Assembly: GCA_963741205.1 (NCBI GenBank)
Contig: CAVUHW010000034.1
Location: 128,001-192,000 of the forward strand
DNA length: 64,000 nucleotides
Direction of reading: 5' to 3'
Source: Nitrospirota bacterium
GTDB lineage: Bacteria > Nitrospirota > UBA9217
Part shown: in pieces, positions 20,874 through 33,329 of the stretch
Numbering within the stretch: the first letter of the stretch is position 1
Layout: every line of letters starts with the position of its first letter
Program-made: the position numbers and the translations under genes
Notes under the pieces: model-generated
What the model was told of the DNA's origin: nothing
The model's database searches: none
Seen by the model: only the letters and a program-made list of their open reading frames with translations

Positions 20874-22502
20874 ATGATGTTCAGAAGGCATCTTGCCTGG
20901 GTTTTGGTTTTACTGGCTGTAGCAGCGTTGCAGGCGTGCGGAAATAACTCGAGTTCATCGGAAAGCGGGACAACTTCTCAGACAGGCGTCGTAGCAATAA
21001 AACTTACGGACGCGCCGGGAGATTTCGATCATGTGTATATTACGGTGAAGGACATCTGGTTCCATACGAGCGACGCGGCCGATCCGCGTACGGGAGCCTG
21101 GCTCAAGTATCCGCTCACGCAACCCGTCATCGTTGATCTCCTGGCTCTCTCGAGCGGGAACATGCAGTCCCTCTGGAACAACATCCAGCTCCCGGCAGGC
21201 ACGTACCGGCAGATCAGACTGTTTTTGGAACCTACCAATCCGACCGCCGTCAACCCCGCCCCGACAGGCCACACGTATTTCAACGAGGTTGTCATCGGTT
21301 CAACGACCTCTCCCCTGTATATACCGGACGCCGACCACGGCATCATGCTGACCGGCGCGTTCGGCGTGACGGCCGGAGGCACGCTCAATCTTGCCATTGA
21401 CCTCGACGCCGGCCACGACATCGTGGAATTCCACGAAGGAACGGACTTCGTCTTAAAACCGAGGCTCAACTACTTCGACCTTGACCATGTGGGCGCCATT
21501 ATCGGCAAGCTCTCCACCGGCGGATCACTAACGGCCCCCCGTTTCGTGATCAAGGCCGAGCGTCTCTCCACGGAGAAGGAAATGGAAGACGCCGGCGCGG
21601 TGAGCCCTTTCCATGTGGTGAGACGCTGGACTGTTCCCAGGGCCGACGGTACGTTTATTCTCTATCCCGTATCGACGCTGGTCACCAGCACGTGGGATGT
21701 CGTGATCCGGGGCTTGAACACGGAGACCATGATCATTAAAGGGGTGCCGGTCACAAAAGGCACGACCACGGCGAACGGCACGGACCTCGCCGTCATCAGC
21801 ACGACTCCGACGAGTACCAATGACTACGCGGTCGACGGAACGATCCAGTCGCCCACGGGCGCATGGGTGCAGTTCTACCAAACCCTTCCGGGGGCCGGGG
21901 AGTACCCCTATGAGATCCGGTTCCGCCATTTCAATCCGCTCACGGGAGGTTTCAGGAACTTCCCATTGAACAACGATCAGATCCAGGTGGCGAATTTCGT
22001 GAGCAGCGGGGCAACACTTACGTTCACGCCGGAGACCCCTGCCGGCGGCGCCGGCAATTATGGCGCCGTGGCCGACGCAATTCTGTTCAAACACAGCGAC
22101 CCCATACCGGTCACTTCATCGACGACGACCGTCGCGTTCACAACGCCGCTTCAGGTGGTGTCTCCCTATAAGGGAAACAGCGTGACCGGCACGATCACCA
22201 TGAACAATCCGTTAAGGATGAACAATAAGATGGACAGGGGCCGGCTCTTCGCGGTGCACGGCGGAATGATCGTCAATGCCGTCGATGTCAGCAGTCAGAT
22301 GACGGGGACGACCACCAATGCATACAGCATCGATCTGCCCGGCGGCGATGCGGCAACACCGCTTCCCGGCGCCTTCTACGGGATCGATGCGGTCGGTTGG
22401 TCCTCGACGAGCCCCCTGTTCAAGGCGATAGCGATTCCTCAGATCGTGGATGTCCGCACAGGGAACGATATTGCCACGGTGGATATGCTGCCGCTCTGGT
22501 AG
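20874..22502 (+). CDS. DUF4382-domain lipoprotein
   Basis: Lipobox LQAC; IKLTDAPGDFDHVYITV, LPAGTYRQIRL, LAIDLDA, FVLKP. Confidence 0.8.
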   Translation: MMFRRHLAWVLVLLAVAALQACGNNSSSSESGTTSQTGVVAIKLTDAPGDFDHVYITVKDIWFHTSDAADPRTGAWLKYPLTQPVIVDLLALSSGNMQSLWNNIQLPAGTYRQIRLFLEPTNPTAVNPAPTGHTYFNEVVIGSTTSPLYIPDADHGIMLTGAFGVTAGGTLNLAIDLDAGHDIVEFHEGTDFVLKPRLNYFDLDHVGAIIGKLSTGGSLTAPRFVIKAERLSTEKEMEDAGAVSPFHVVRRWTVPRADGTFILYPVSTLVTSTWDVVIRGLNTETMIIKGVPVTKGTTTANGTDLAVISTTPTSTNDYAVDGTIQSPTGAWVQFYQTLPGAGEYPYEIRFRHFNPLTGGFRNFPLNNDQIQVANFVSSGATLTFTPETPAGGAGNYGAVADAILFKHSDPIPVTSSTTTVAFTTPLQVVSPYKGNSVTGTITMNNPLRMNNKMDRGRLFAVHGGMIVNAVDVSSQMTGTTTNAYSIDLPGGDAATPLPGAFYGIDAVGWSSTSPLFKAIAIPQIVDVRTGNDIATVDMLPLW

Positions 22503-22520
22503 ACGGAGCTCGTTCTCCTC

Positions 22521-22557
22521 GAAAAGGCCTTCCCGCTCCCGGAAGGCCTTTTTCTTT
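22521..22557 (+). terminator. Rho-independent terminator
   Basis: AAAAGGCCTTCC-loop-GGAAGGCCTTTT followed by a T-rich tail. Confidence 0.8.
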
Positions 22558-22636
22558 ACGCGCGGACGACGGCGTCTTCATTCCTCGCAGGAAAAAAAGC
22601 TTGCAACCTCCCGGCAAAATCAGTAATATTACAAAC

Positions 22637-23266
22637 GTGAAAAAAATCAGGGTTTTTTTTAAAAAATATTTTATCACCGGCCTGCTCGTCCTCCTGCCGA
22701 TCTGGGCTACGTACTATGTTCTGACCGCGCTTCTAGGCGTGATCGACGGCATCCTGGCAGACCTTCCCGCGCAGTTTTTCGGACACCGGATTCCCGGCAT
22801 GGGCATCATCACCCTGATCCTCTTCGTAGTGTTCGTCGGCATGCTCTCCGCCAACTATCTCGGAAGCCGGATCGTCAAGACGAGCGACGAGCTGTTGCAG
22901 AGGGTCCCGCTCGTGCGCGGCGTTTACTTCACCGTCAAGCAGGTCATGGAGACCTTCTCCATGAAGCACCAGTTTCACGGCGTGGCCCTGGTCGAGTATC
23001 CGCGGAAGGGCTGTTACAGCGTCGGTTTCATGACCGGCGAGATGCAGGGAAGCACTGTCGGCATGTCCGGCAAGTTCGTGACGGTCTTCGTTCCTACTAC
23101 GCCGAATCCTACGGCGGGGTTCCTCCTCATTCTGCCCGAGGCGGAGGTGTCCAAGCTCGGTATATCGGTGGAAGAGGGGATGAAATTCATCATATCGCTG
23201 GGCCTGGTTCCCTTAAGCGAGTTCCAGGCGAACAAATTGAAACAAACGGCGCAGGAGGTGCGGTAA
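22637..23266 (+). CDS. DUF502 membrane protein
   Basis: YFITGLLVLLP, VALVEYPRKG, VFVPTTPNPTAGFL; GTG start follows TTGCAA-17-TAATAT. Confidence 0.85.
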   Translation: MKKIRVFFKKYFITGLLVLLPIWATYYVLTALLGVIDGILADLPAQFFGHRIPGMGIITLILFVVFVGMLSANYLGSRIVKTSDELLQRVPLVRGVYFTVKQVMETFSMKHQFHGVALVEYPRKGCYSVGFMTGEMQGSTVGMSGKFVTVFVPTTPNPTAGFLLILPEAEVSKLGISVEEGMKFIISLGLVPLSEFQANKLKQTAQEVR

Positions 23267-24656
23267 GTGAGACCGACGGTCGTTATTCTCGCGGCCGGTC
23301 TCGGCACGCGGATGAAATCCGGGATTGCCAAGGCCCTCCATCCGCTCGCGGGAATGCCGCTCATCCGTCACGTCCTGAACACCGTGGCGGACCTCGACCC
23401 TGAGAAGACCATCCTCGTTCTGGGGCACCAGGCTGACAAAGTGAGGAACGCGGTCGGCAATTACGGCGTCGAGATCGTGCTTCAGGCCGAACAGCTCGGT
23501 ACGGGACACGCTGTTCTGCAGGCGAGAGAGGCTTTCTCCGGCGCGTCCGGTCCGGTCATGATCCTGTGCGCCGATACGCCGCTTCTTACGGGCGAAACAC
23601 TCAGGGCGGTCATGGAACTCCACCGGAAGTCCCGCGCCGCGGTTACGCTCATCACCGCCCGAGCTTGCGAACCCCTTCGGGTACGGGAGGGTCGTGCGCG
23701 CCGGGGCCGGGGTATCGCGCGTGGTGGAAGAGAAAGACGCGACCGCCGCGCAGAAGAAAATCAAAGAGGTGAACGCGGGGATTTACTGTTTTGACCCGAA
23801 GTTTCTGCTTGCATCCCTTGACCTGCTCGGCAAAGACAATGCGCAAGGCGAGTACTACCTGCCCGACATGATCGAACTCGCAAAAAAGAAAAAACGGACC
23901 GTGGCCGCGCTGGTGTGCGGCGATCCGGAAGAGGTCATGGGCGTGAATTCACGCAACGACCTCTCACGGGCCGAAGCGGTCATACGCCGGCGGACCAACG
24001 GGCGCTGGATGGCCGAGGGTGTGACCATGTTTGACCCTGAAACCACCTTTGTGGGAACCGAGGTTTCGCTGGGTCGCGATGTTGTACTTTATCCCAACGT
24101 CCGGATCGAAGGAAAATCGAAGCTCGGCGACGCCTGCGTGATCTATCCCGGCTCGCGGATCATAGACAGCATAATCGCGGGCACCGTGACCGTGAAGGAC
24201 TGCTCGGTCATCGAGGAAAGCGACATTGCGGCCGGTGCGACGGTCGGGCCCTTCGCGCACCTGCGGCCGGGCTCGGTCATCGGCGAAAGGGCGAAGATCG
24301 GGAACTTTGTCGAGGTAAAGAAATCGGAGATCGGAGCGGGGAGCAAGGCCAACCACCTCTCCTATATCGGTGACGCAACGATCGGCAGGGACGTGAATAT
24401 CGGCGCCGGTGTCATTACCTGCAATTACGACGGATACGAAAAGCACCGCACCGTGATCGAGGACGGCGTGTTCGTGGGCAGCGATGCGCAGCTCGTTGCA
24501 CCCGTTACGATCGGCAAGGGCGCGCTTGTCGCCGCGGGCGCCACGATCACCCGCAATGTCCCGGCGGATGCCCTTGCCATCAGCCGCGTGCCGCAGGTAA
24601 TCCGCGAGGGGTTCGCGAGCCGCCGGAGAAGATTGAAGCAGAAAAGCAAAAAATAA
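23267..24656 (+). CDS. glmU: Bifunctional UDP-GlcNAc pyrophosphorylase/GlcN-1-P acetyltransferase (frameshift near 23665)
   Basis: ILAAGLGTRMKS, QLGTGHAV, GPFAHLRPG, GNFVEVKK, NHLSYIGDA. Confidence 0.95.
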
Positions 24657-24790
24657 TTGGAACAATTGTACAAATTGCGAAAATTAGGCATCAATGTGCA
24701 GCGAACATTGAAGGAAGTTGGAATTGCCATTTCCAATTTGAAATAGTTGCAAATTTACAATTTCCAATTTGAAATGGAGCGTAGCGACTT

Positions 24791-26620
<1,830 letters not shown>

Positions 26621-26630
26621 CAATTTACGT

Positions 26631-26927
26631 TCTTCAGGGAATAAAGAGATAGCAAAAGCCACGCTTTAACGAAAGAATGGTTGACGAAGCTTCCTTATCT
26701 CGATATGAACAAAGAAATTCATCTTGCTGCGGCATCACTGTACCGCTCACAACGGGCAAAGGGAATAACAGTACATCCGCATACACCTCGATAGCAGCAC
26801 TTGCGACCCTCAATAACATTCCGCTTTATACTAAAGACGATCACTTCCACATTATCGCAAAACATACTAAACTCGATCTCTATTCAAAAAACATCAATTA
26901 AATCGACAAGCATTTACAGGCATGATC
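26631..26927 (+). pseudogene. Degenerate duplicate of the vapC 3' part and its downstream flank
   Basis: Near-identical to 27531-27827 with scattered substitutions and indels. Confidence 0.85.
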
Positions 26928-27203
26928 AAAGACTTGAAGAAGTCCATAGCGCATTCCACCCTTGCTAGGGCGAAGGATCGGGAGTGAAAAGGGACTGTTG
27001 AATTTGTTCCGGAAAATGAGCCAAATTGATTGCCCTTCAGTATTTAGTGTTGTATTCTCTGTCGATTCTTCGTTGTAGTAGAACATTCCCTCGATATACT
27101 CTCGGACTGCTTCAAGTGATATCAAAATACTATTGAAATGATATCATCTTTATGATAAAGTAATAATCTGGTTAATGGGCTATAGATGACAAGGAGGCTG
27201 ATT

Positions 27204-27413
27204 ATGTCACGTACAGTAATAGACATTCAAGATGATCTTCTGCGAAAAGCGCAGAAGATGACGGGTATTAGCAAGAAAGTGGATATCGTCAACTATGCTC
27301 TTAAGCGACTTCTCGAACAAAAGGAGTTTGAACAGGTTCTGGAGTTGAGGGGGAAGGTGAAATGGGAAGGCAACCTTGATGAGATGAGAAAGGACCGTCG
27401 TGGTTCTCATTGA
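27204..27413 (+). CDS. vapB: VapB antitoxin
   Basis: MSRTVIDIQDDLL..KKVDIVNYAL..WEGNLDEMR; AGGAGG RBS; overlaps vapC. Confidence 0.85.
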   Translation: MSRTVIDIQDDLLRKAQKMTGISKKVDIVNYALKRLLEQKEFEQVLELRGKVKWEGNLDEMRKDRRGSH

Positions 27414-27801
27414 CACTTCCATATGGATTGATTTTTTCCAGAATCCGGTATCACCGCAAGCCGCAGAGCTAGAAGACCTCATCAGGGAGCATAATCGGGC
27501 TGTTCTCTGCGGTATTATTCTCCAAGAGGTTCTCCAGGGAATAAGAGATAACAAAAGCCACGCTGTAACGAAAGAACGGTTGACGAAGCTTCCTTATCTC
27601 GATATGAGCAAAGAAATTCATCTTGCTGCGGCATCACTGTACCGCTCACTGCGGGCAAAGGGAATAACAGTACCATCCGCATACACCTCGATAGCAGCAC
27701 TTGCGATTCTCAATAATATTCCGCTTTATACTAAAGACGATCATTTCCACATTATCGCAAAACATACTAAACTCGATCTTTATTCAAAAAACATCAATTA
27801 A
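27400..27801 (+). CDS. vapC: VapC PIN-domain toxin
   Basis: VLIDTSIWIDF, ILQEVLQG, LYTKDDHF. Confidence 0.9.
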   Translation: MVLIDTSIWIDFFQNPVSPQAAELEDLIREHNRAVLCGIILQEVLQGIRDNKSHAVTKERLTKLPYLDMSKEIHLAAASLYRSLRAKGITVPSAYTSIAALAILNNIPLYTKDDHFHIIAKHTKLDLYSKNIN

Positions 27802-27953
27802 ATCGACTAACACTTACAGGTATGATCTTTGAACAAAGTGTTGAAAAACGAGAGGCGGGATAGGAGTATATTCCTCTCGCAAAATCTGAGGGTCAGGTCC
27901 ATACACATCGCCCACTTGACGATATTCGCACGGCTGTCGGTATGCAAGTGCAC

Positions 27954-28418
27954 TTATTCCAGAGGTTTGGAAAACACGTAATCGGAGTCTTTGGCCGCCA
28001 TGTGGCAGGCGAAACAGGCGGTCTTTTCGTCCTTCTTTATGAACCTCCCGTCAGGGGAGAAGACAGCAAATATCCAGCCGCCTGTTTCTTTCGCAGACAG
28101 GTCCTTCCTCATATAGGAATAGCGCAGCATCTTCCCCTCGGTCATGCCGACTATAGGAGATGTCACGACCTCGTACACCTTGCCCACGATGATCGTGCCC
28201 TCGGGGTAGGGGGCCCCCGTCTTGAACGCCGCCAGCCCTTTTTTGTTCATATAGTAATGGAAAAACCCGAAGAGCGGGCTGTTCTTATCGGGGATGACGA
28301 GGGAACCGGTGTATGCATACGAATCCAAGTCCCTGGGCAGCGCTTCCTCGCCGGCCCACACGGTGATCGCCGACGCCAAAATAGACAATACTATGACAAC
28401 ACTTGCCATCTTTTTCAT
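27954..28418 (-). CDS. Cytochrome P460/c'-beta family monoheme protein
   Basis: Signal peptide, YPEGTIIV, MRKD..TGGWIFAVF, CFACH..DYVF near the C-terminus. Confidence 0.75.
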   Translation of the reverse strand: MKKMASVVIVLSILASAITVWAGEEALPRDLDSYAYTGSLVIPDKNSPLFGFFHYYMNKKGLAAFKTGAPYPEGTIIVGKVYEVVTSPIVGMTEGKMLRYSYMRKDLSAKETGGWIFAVFSPDGRFIKKDEKTACFACHMAAKDSDYVFSKPLE

Positions 28419-28666
28419 GCTGTTCCTCCCGGTCGTGATGATGTTTATTAAGAGTTTACCCTATAAAATTGGAAAAGCAACCTTGGACTGTGGTGTGTAG
28501 GAACATCTGAGGGGCCAGGTCCGTACTGTTGGACTGGTATTTAAAACCGGCGTAAGACCATCGAATGCTTGAATATGAATTGCCCGCCTCTATAGTGCAG
28601 GCTAAAGACTGGGGCTACGCTCGCGGAGACCTCCTGCCTGAAGCATGACATCCTCCAAAACTAATC

Positions 28667-28695
28667 TTGCAATTTACGTGGTTGTTCTGTAAAAT
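28667..28695 (+). promoter_or_regulatory. sigma70-like promoter of pcrA
   Basis: TTGCAA-17 nt-TAAAAT. Confidence 0.55.
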
Positions 28696-28726
28696 ACGCA
28701 ATCTGCAAGGGCTATTTTGATATTCC

Positions 28727-30973
28727 ATGGACTATTTTGAACAATTAAATCCCCCCCAGCGCGAAGCCGTGCTGTACGGCGACGGTCCGCTTTTGATCCT
28801 TGCGGGCGCGGGCAGCGGGAAGACCCGCGTGATCACCTGCAGGATCGCGCACCTGATACGCGAGCGGGGGGTCGACCCCGGCAACGTTCTGGCGGTGACC
28901 TTTACGAACAAGGCCGCGAATGAAATGAGGGAGCGGCTCGAGCGGATGCTCGATATGTCCCTCGGACGCGGCATCGGGTACGGCGGGCTCTGGATCAGTA
29001 CGTTCCACTCGGCCTGCGTCAGGATACTCAGGCAGCATATCGACAAGCTCGGATACAAGCGCTCGTTCGTGATCTACGACGAGACGGACCGCTCGTCGCT
29101 TGTGAAGGCCTGCGTTGCGGACCTGCGGATCGACGCCGAACGGTACCAGCCCCGGGCGATTGCGGCGAAAATCAGCGCGCTCAAGAACAACCTGACCGGC
29201 GCCGAAGAGTTCGTGAAAACGAGCTCCCCCTTCGGTTTCGATGAGGCGGTCGGCCGCGTCTATTCCCTGTACGAGGAGAAGCTCAGGGAATCGGACGGGC
29301 TCGATTTCGACGATCTGCTGATGCTCACGGTGCGGCTCTTCGAGCGGCATCAGGACGTGCTCGCGTATTATCAGGGCATGTTCCACCACATTTTGATCGA
29401 CGAGTATCAGGATACGAACCGCGCCCAGTACCGGCTCGTGCGGCTTCTTACGATGAAGAGGCAGAACCTCTGCGTCGTGGGAGACGACGACCAGAGCATC
29501 TACAAATTCCGCGGGGCGGACATCTCGAACATCCTGAACTTTGAAAAGGACTATCCCGCGGCCAAAGTCATCAAGCTTGAGCAGAACTACCGTTCGACGC
29601 AAAACATCCTGGGTGCCGCGGGGGCGGTGGTCGCGCGAAACCTCGGAAGAAAACCCAAGGAACTCTGGACCGAAAGACGCGGCGGCGACAAGATCGCGTG
29701 CTACAAGGCCGTTGATGAGAAAGATGAGGCGCGCTACATCTCCCGGTGCATCCAGAAGGAAGTGGACGAGGGCAGGAGCCTCAGGCAGATCGCGGTGCTC
29801 TATCGCACCAACGCACAGTCCCGCGCGCTGGAAGACGCGCTCCGGAACTGGGGAACGCCGTACCGCATCTTCGGAGGCCTGCGGTTCTATGACCGCAAGG
29901 AGATCAAGGACGTCATCGCGTATCTCCGGGTGCTGCAGAACCCTTCGGATATCGTGAGCCTGCGCAGGATCATCAACGTGCCGGCGCGCGGCATCGGCGA
30001 CACGACAATCGACAAACTGGAGACGGCAGCGGCCCGGGCCGGCGCCGGACTCTATCAGATCGCGATGAATCCGGAGAATGCCGACATCGCGACCGGCGCC
30101 AGAAAAAAACTCCGGGACTTCACGGGCATGATGGAGCGGCTGCGGGCCGATCTCGGGAAAACCGAAATCACCGAGCTGGTCCGCCGCGTGATCCATGAAT
30201 CAGGATACGGACAAGCGCTTGAGCAGGAAAAGAACGTGGAAGCCCGGATCCGGCTCGAAAATCTGAACGAGCTTCTGACCGCAACCGAGGATTTTCAGGA
30301 ACAGAACCGGGACGCATCGCTGGCCGCGTTTTTGGACCAGGTTGCGCTCATTACGGACTCGGAGCAGCAGATCTCGGCTGAAGGCAGGAGGGGCAGCTCC
30401 GACACGGTTACGTTAATGACGCTTCATAACGCCAAGGGGCTCGAGTTCTCGGTGGTCTTCATGGCCGGTATGGAGGAAGGCCTCTTCCCGCATTCCCGGT
30501 CCGCGGAGAGCGAGGAAGAACTCGAAGAGGAGCGCAGGCTCTGCTACGTGGGCATTACGCGGGCCAAGGAACGGCTCGTCATCACCCACGCGGCTGAACG
30601 CCGGCTTTATGGATACCCCCAGGCGAACCTTGTCTCCCGGTTCGTGCAGGAGATCCCGGATGAGGCGATGGAGCACGTCGGGGCGGATCGAGCGACGGCG
30701 TATTCCTTTCAGGACCGGGCAACCTGGGAAAGGACGACATTCGGCGCGGACCGGAAAGGGATACCGGAACTTCACAGCGCAGCCCCTCAGACGGCGAAGT
30801 CCGGTCCCGCTGACCGGTACTATAAGGGCGCCGTGGTGCGCCATGCGAAGTTCGGACTCGGCACCGTGCAGCGTTCCGAAGGGTCGGGTGATGACCGCAA
30901 ACTCAGCGTAAGTTTTCCGGGTCACGGCGTCAAGACGCTCGCGGTGAAGTATGCAAACCTGGAAGTGATTTAA
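28727..30973 (+). CDS. pcrA: ATP-dependent DNA helicase PcrA/UvrD
   Basis: AGAGSGKT, IDEYQDTN, VGDDDQSIY, LEQNYRST, EEERRLCYVGITRA. Confidence 0.95.
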   Translation: MDYFEQLNPPQREAVLYGDGPLLILAGAGSGKTRVITCRIAHLIRERGVDPGNVLAVTFTNKAANEMRERLERMLDMSLGRGIGYGGLWISTFHSACVRILRQHIDKLGYKRSFVIYDETDRSSLVKACVADLRIDAERYQPRAIAAKISALKNNLTGAEEFVKTSSPFGFDEAVGRVYSLYEEKLRESDGLDFDDLLMLTVRLFERHQDVLAYYQGMFHHILIDEYQDTNRAQYRLVRLLTMKRQNLCVVGDDDQSIYKFRGADISNILNFEKDYPAAKVIKLEQNYRSTQNILGAAGAVVARNLGRKPKELWTERRGGDKIACYKAVDEKDEARYISRCIQKEVDEGRSLRQIAVLYRTNAQSRALEDALRNWGTPYRIFGGLRFYDRKEIKDVIAYLRVLQNPSDIVSLRRIINVPARGIGDTTIDKLETAAARAGAGLYQIAMNPENADIATGARKKLRDFTGMMERLRADLGKTEITELVRRVIHESGYGQALEQEKNVEARIRLENLNELLTATEDFQEQNRDASLAAFLDQVALITDSEQQISAEGRRGSSDTVTLMTLHNAKGLEFSVVFMAGMEEGLFPHSRSAESEEELEEERRLCYVGITRAKERLVITHAAERRLYGYPQANLVSRFVQEIPDEAMEHVGADRATAYSFQDRATWERTTFGADRKGIPELHSAAPQTAKSGPADRYYKGAVVRHAKFGLGTVQRSEGSGDDRKLSVSFPGHGVKTLAVKYANLEVI

Positions 30974-31009
30974 AGCCAGGAATCAGTAATCAGGAAACGA
31001 GAATAACGA

Positions 31010-31297
31010 ATGAAAATCACGAGACAGGAAGTAGAACATGTTGCGAAGCTCGCCAGGCTGGAACTGTCGGACCAGGAAAAGGAAAAGCTGACCGATCAGC
31101 TCTCGAACATCCTCACCTATGTTGAAAAGCTGAACGAGCTCGACACCAAAGGAGTGGAACCCACCGCCCACGTGCTGGACATCAACAACGTCATGCGGAG
31201 CGACGTGCCGGAGGAGAGCCTGACGCAGGAACGCGCCCTGGCCAATGCCCCGGAAAAGGCCGCGGGTCATTACAAAGTGCCGAAGATCATAGAATAA
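31010..31297 (+). CDS. gatC: Asp/Glu-tRNA amidotransferase subunit C
   Basis: VEHVAKLARL..LDTKGVEPT..YKVPKII. Confidence 0.95.
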   Translation: MKITRQEVEHVAKLARLELSDQEKEKLTDQLSNILTYVEKLNELDTKGVEPTAHVLDINNVMRSDVPEESLTQERALANAPEKAAGHYKVPKIIE

Positions 31298-31432
31298 GGC
31301 AGATATGGACCGGCCGATTCCGGCATGATCGGCGTGAATCCAGGAAGTATAATCTCAACCGATCATGAACCTGGATCCCGATAGCAGCATCGGAATGACG
31401 AAACAGTTCCAGCATCCAAAAAAGGATAATTC

Positions 31433-31786
31433 ATGTTTAGACTGATGCTGCGATCGAAAATACACCGCGCGACCGTGACGGACGCGAACCTCGAGTACGA
31501 GGGAAGCCTGACCGTCGATCCCGTGCTCCTTGAGGCGGCGAGCATTCTGCCCTATGAGCAGGTTCATGTGTCGAACCTGAACAACGGAGAGCGGTTCGAG
31601 ACCTACGTCATTCCCGGCAAACGCGGTTCGGGCGAAATGGTGCTGAACGGTCCCACCGCACGGCGGGGCGTCAAGTCGGACAAGATCATCGTTTTCTGCT
31701 ACGAATATTTCAATGAAGAAGAGCTCAAGACCTTTAAGCCCAAGATAGTTCTCGTGGATGAAAACAACCGGGTGAAGGAGAAATAA
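31433..31786 (+). CDS. panD: Aspartate 1-decarboxylase
   Basis: [26 protein letters not shown]. Confidence 0.95.
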   Translation: MFRLMLRSKIHRATVTDANLEYEGSLTVDPVLLEAASILPYEQVHVSNLNNGERFETYVIPGKRGSGEMVLNGPTARRGVKSDKIIVFCYEYFNEEELKTFKPKIVLVDENNRVKEK

Positions 31787-33249
31787 TGGAGTTCTCTCAG
31801 TTGACGATTCATGAACTGCATGACATGCTGAAAAAGGGCGAGACCACGTCGGAAGCCGTAACCGAGTCGGTCCTCGGCAGAATCAGGGCCGTGGACGGGA
31901 AGGTCAAGGCGTATATCACCGTGACGGAGGACATCGCCCGGGCGCAGGCGAAAGAAGCTGACAGGCGGATCAGGGCCGGAGATACATCGTCGCCGCTTCT
32001 CGGGATCCCGATCGCGGTCAAAGATAACATGTGTATCGAGGGAATCAAGACCACCTGCGCTTCGAAGATACTCGCAAACTTTGTGCCTCCCTATGACGCG
32101 ACCGTTGTGCAGAAACCTGAAAAAGGCCGGCTATGTGCTCTGCGGCAAGCCGAACATGGATGAATTCGCCATGGGGTCCTCTACGGAAAACTCGGGATTC
32201 TTCATCACGAAAAATCCCTGGGACCTTGAACGGATCCCCGGGGGCTCGAGCGGCGGTTCGGCGGCGGCGGTGGCAGCGGGAGAATGCATCGGCTCGTTGG
32301 GTTCGGACACGGGAGGATCGATCCGGCAGCCGGCGGCATGCTGCGGCGTCGTCGGCTTGAAACCGACCTACGGAAGGGTATCGCGGTTCGGCCTCGTAGC
32401 GTTCGCGTCATCGCTGGACCAGATAGGCCCGATCACCAAGGACGTGACCGATTCGGCGCTCCTCATGAACGTCATAGCCGGCCACGATGCGAAGGATTCC
32501 ACCTCGGCAAACATTCCTGCCCCTGATTTTACGAAGGCCCTCAAGAAAGACGTAAAAGGAATGAAGATCGGCCTGCCCGAAGGAGTATTTCATCGAGGGG
32601 ATGGATCCGGAGGTGGAGAAAGCTGTCAGGGATGCAGTGAAAACGCTTGAGGGGCTCGGTGCAACGGTCGTGGAAGTCTCGCTTCCCCACACGGACTATG
32701 CCGTCGCTACGTACTATATCCTCGCCACTTCCGAGGCGAGCTCGAACCTTGCCCGTTACGACGGCATCAAGTACGGGTTCCGCGCCGAAGGGGCGAAGGA
32801 CCTCCTGGACCTCTATATGAAATCGCGCAGCCAGGGTTTCGGTCCGGAGGTAAAACGCAGGATCATGCTCGGGACGTATGCGCTGTCCGCTGGTTACTAC
32901 GACGCCTATTATAAAAAAGGGCAGCAGGCCAGGACGCTGATCAAGCGGGATTTTGACGAGGCCTTCAAAAAGGTCGATGTCATTGCCACGCCGACGGCGC
33001 CGACCGCCGCTTTCAAGATCGGGGAGAAATCCTCCGACCCGCTCCAGATGTACCTTTCGGACATTTTTACGATCAGCGTGAACCTCGCAGGTATCCCGGG
33101 CATGTCGCTTCCCTGCGGGTTTACGAAAACGAATCTCCCTATCGGTTTGCAGCTCCTCGGCAAGCACTTCGACGAGGAACGCGATCCTTCATGCGGCCTT
33201 TGCCTACGAGCAGGCGACGGAGTGGCACACGAGAAGGGCGAAGCTGTAA
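31786..33249 (+). CDS. gatA: Asp/Glu-tRNA amidotransferase subunit A (frameshifted)
   Basis: [46 protein letters not shown]. Confidence 0.95.
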
Positions 33250-33329
33250 TATGGAGCGAGCCATCCGTGATGGCGTGAATCACGGCAGCACGGTTGCCGT
33301 GGTCAAAAATACGAAGAGGGAAGTCAACC

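Noticed and set aside
24657-24790. glmS ribozyme upstream of glmS
   Set aside because: The spacer is AT-rich heptamer-like repeat (AAATTG/CAATTT) and no ribozyme core is recognisable.
26621-26700. Tn7 or CAST insertion at attTn7
   Set aside because: No TGT..ACA ends, TnsB-site arrays or tns genes are visible.
26930-27125. IS200 tnpA C-terminal remnant (SLEAVREYIE on the minus strand)
   Set aside because: The similarity covers only about 10 residues and there is no HUH motif; too weak to call.
28500-28660. Possible ncRNA (6S-like) upstream of pcrA
   Set aside because: No convincing long hairpin or conserved motif was found by eye.
28745-30196. Long antisense ORFs (e.g. 28745-30196, 24755-26662, 51247-52581)
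   Set aside because: These are shadow ORFs of GC-rich genes on the opposite strand, with no recognisable motifs.
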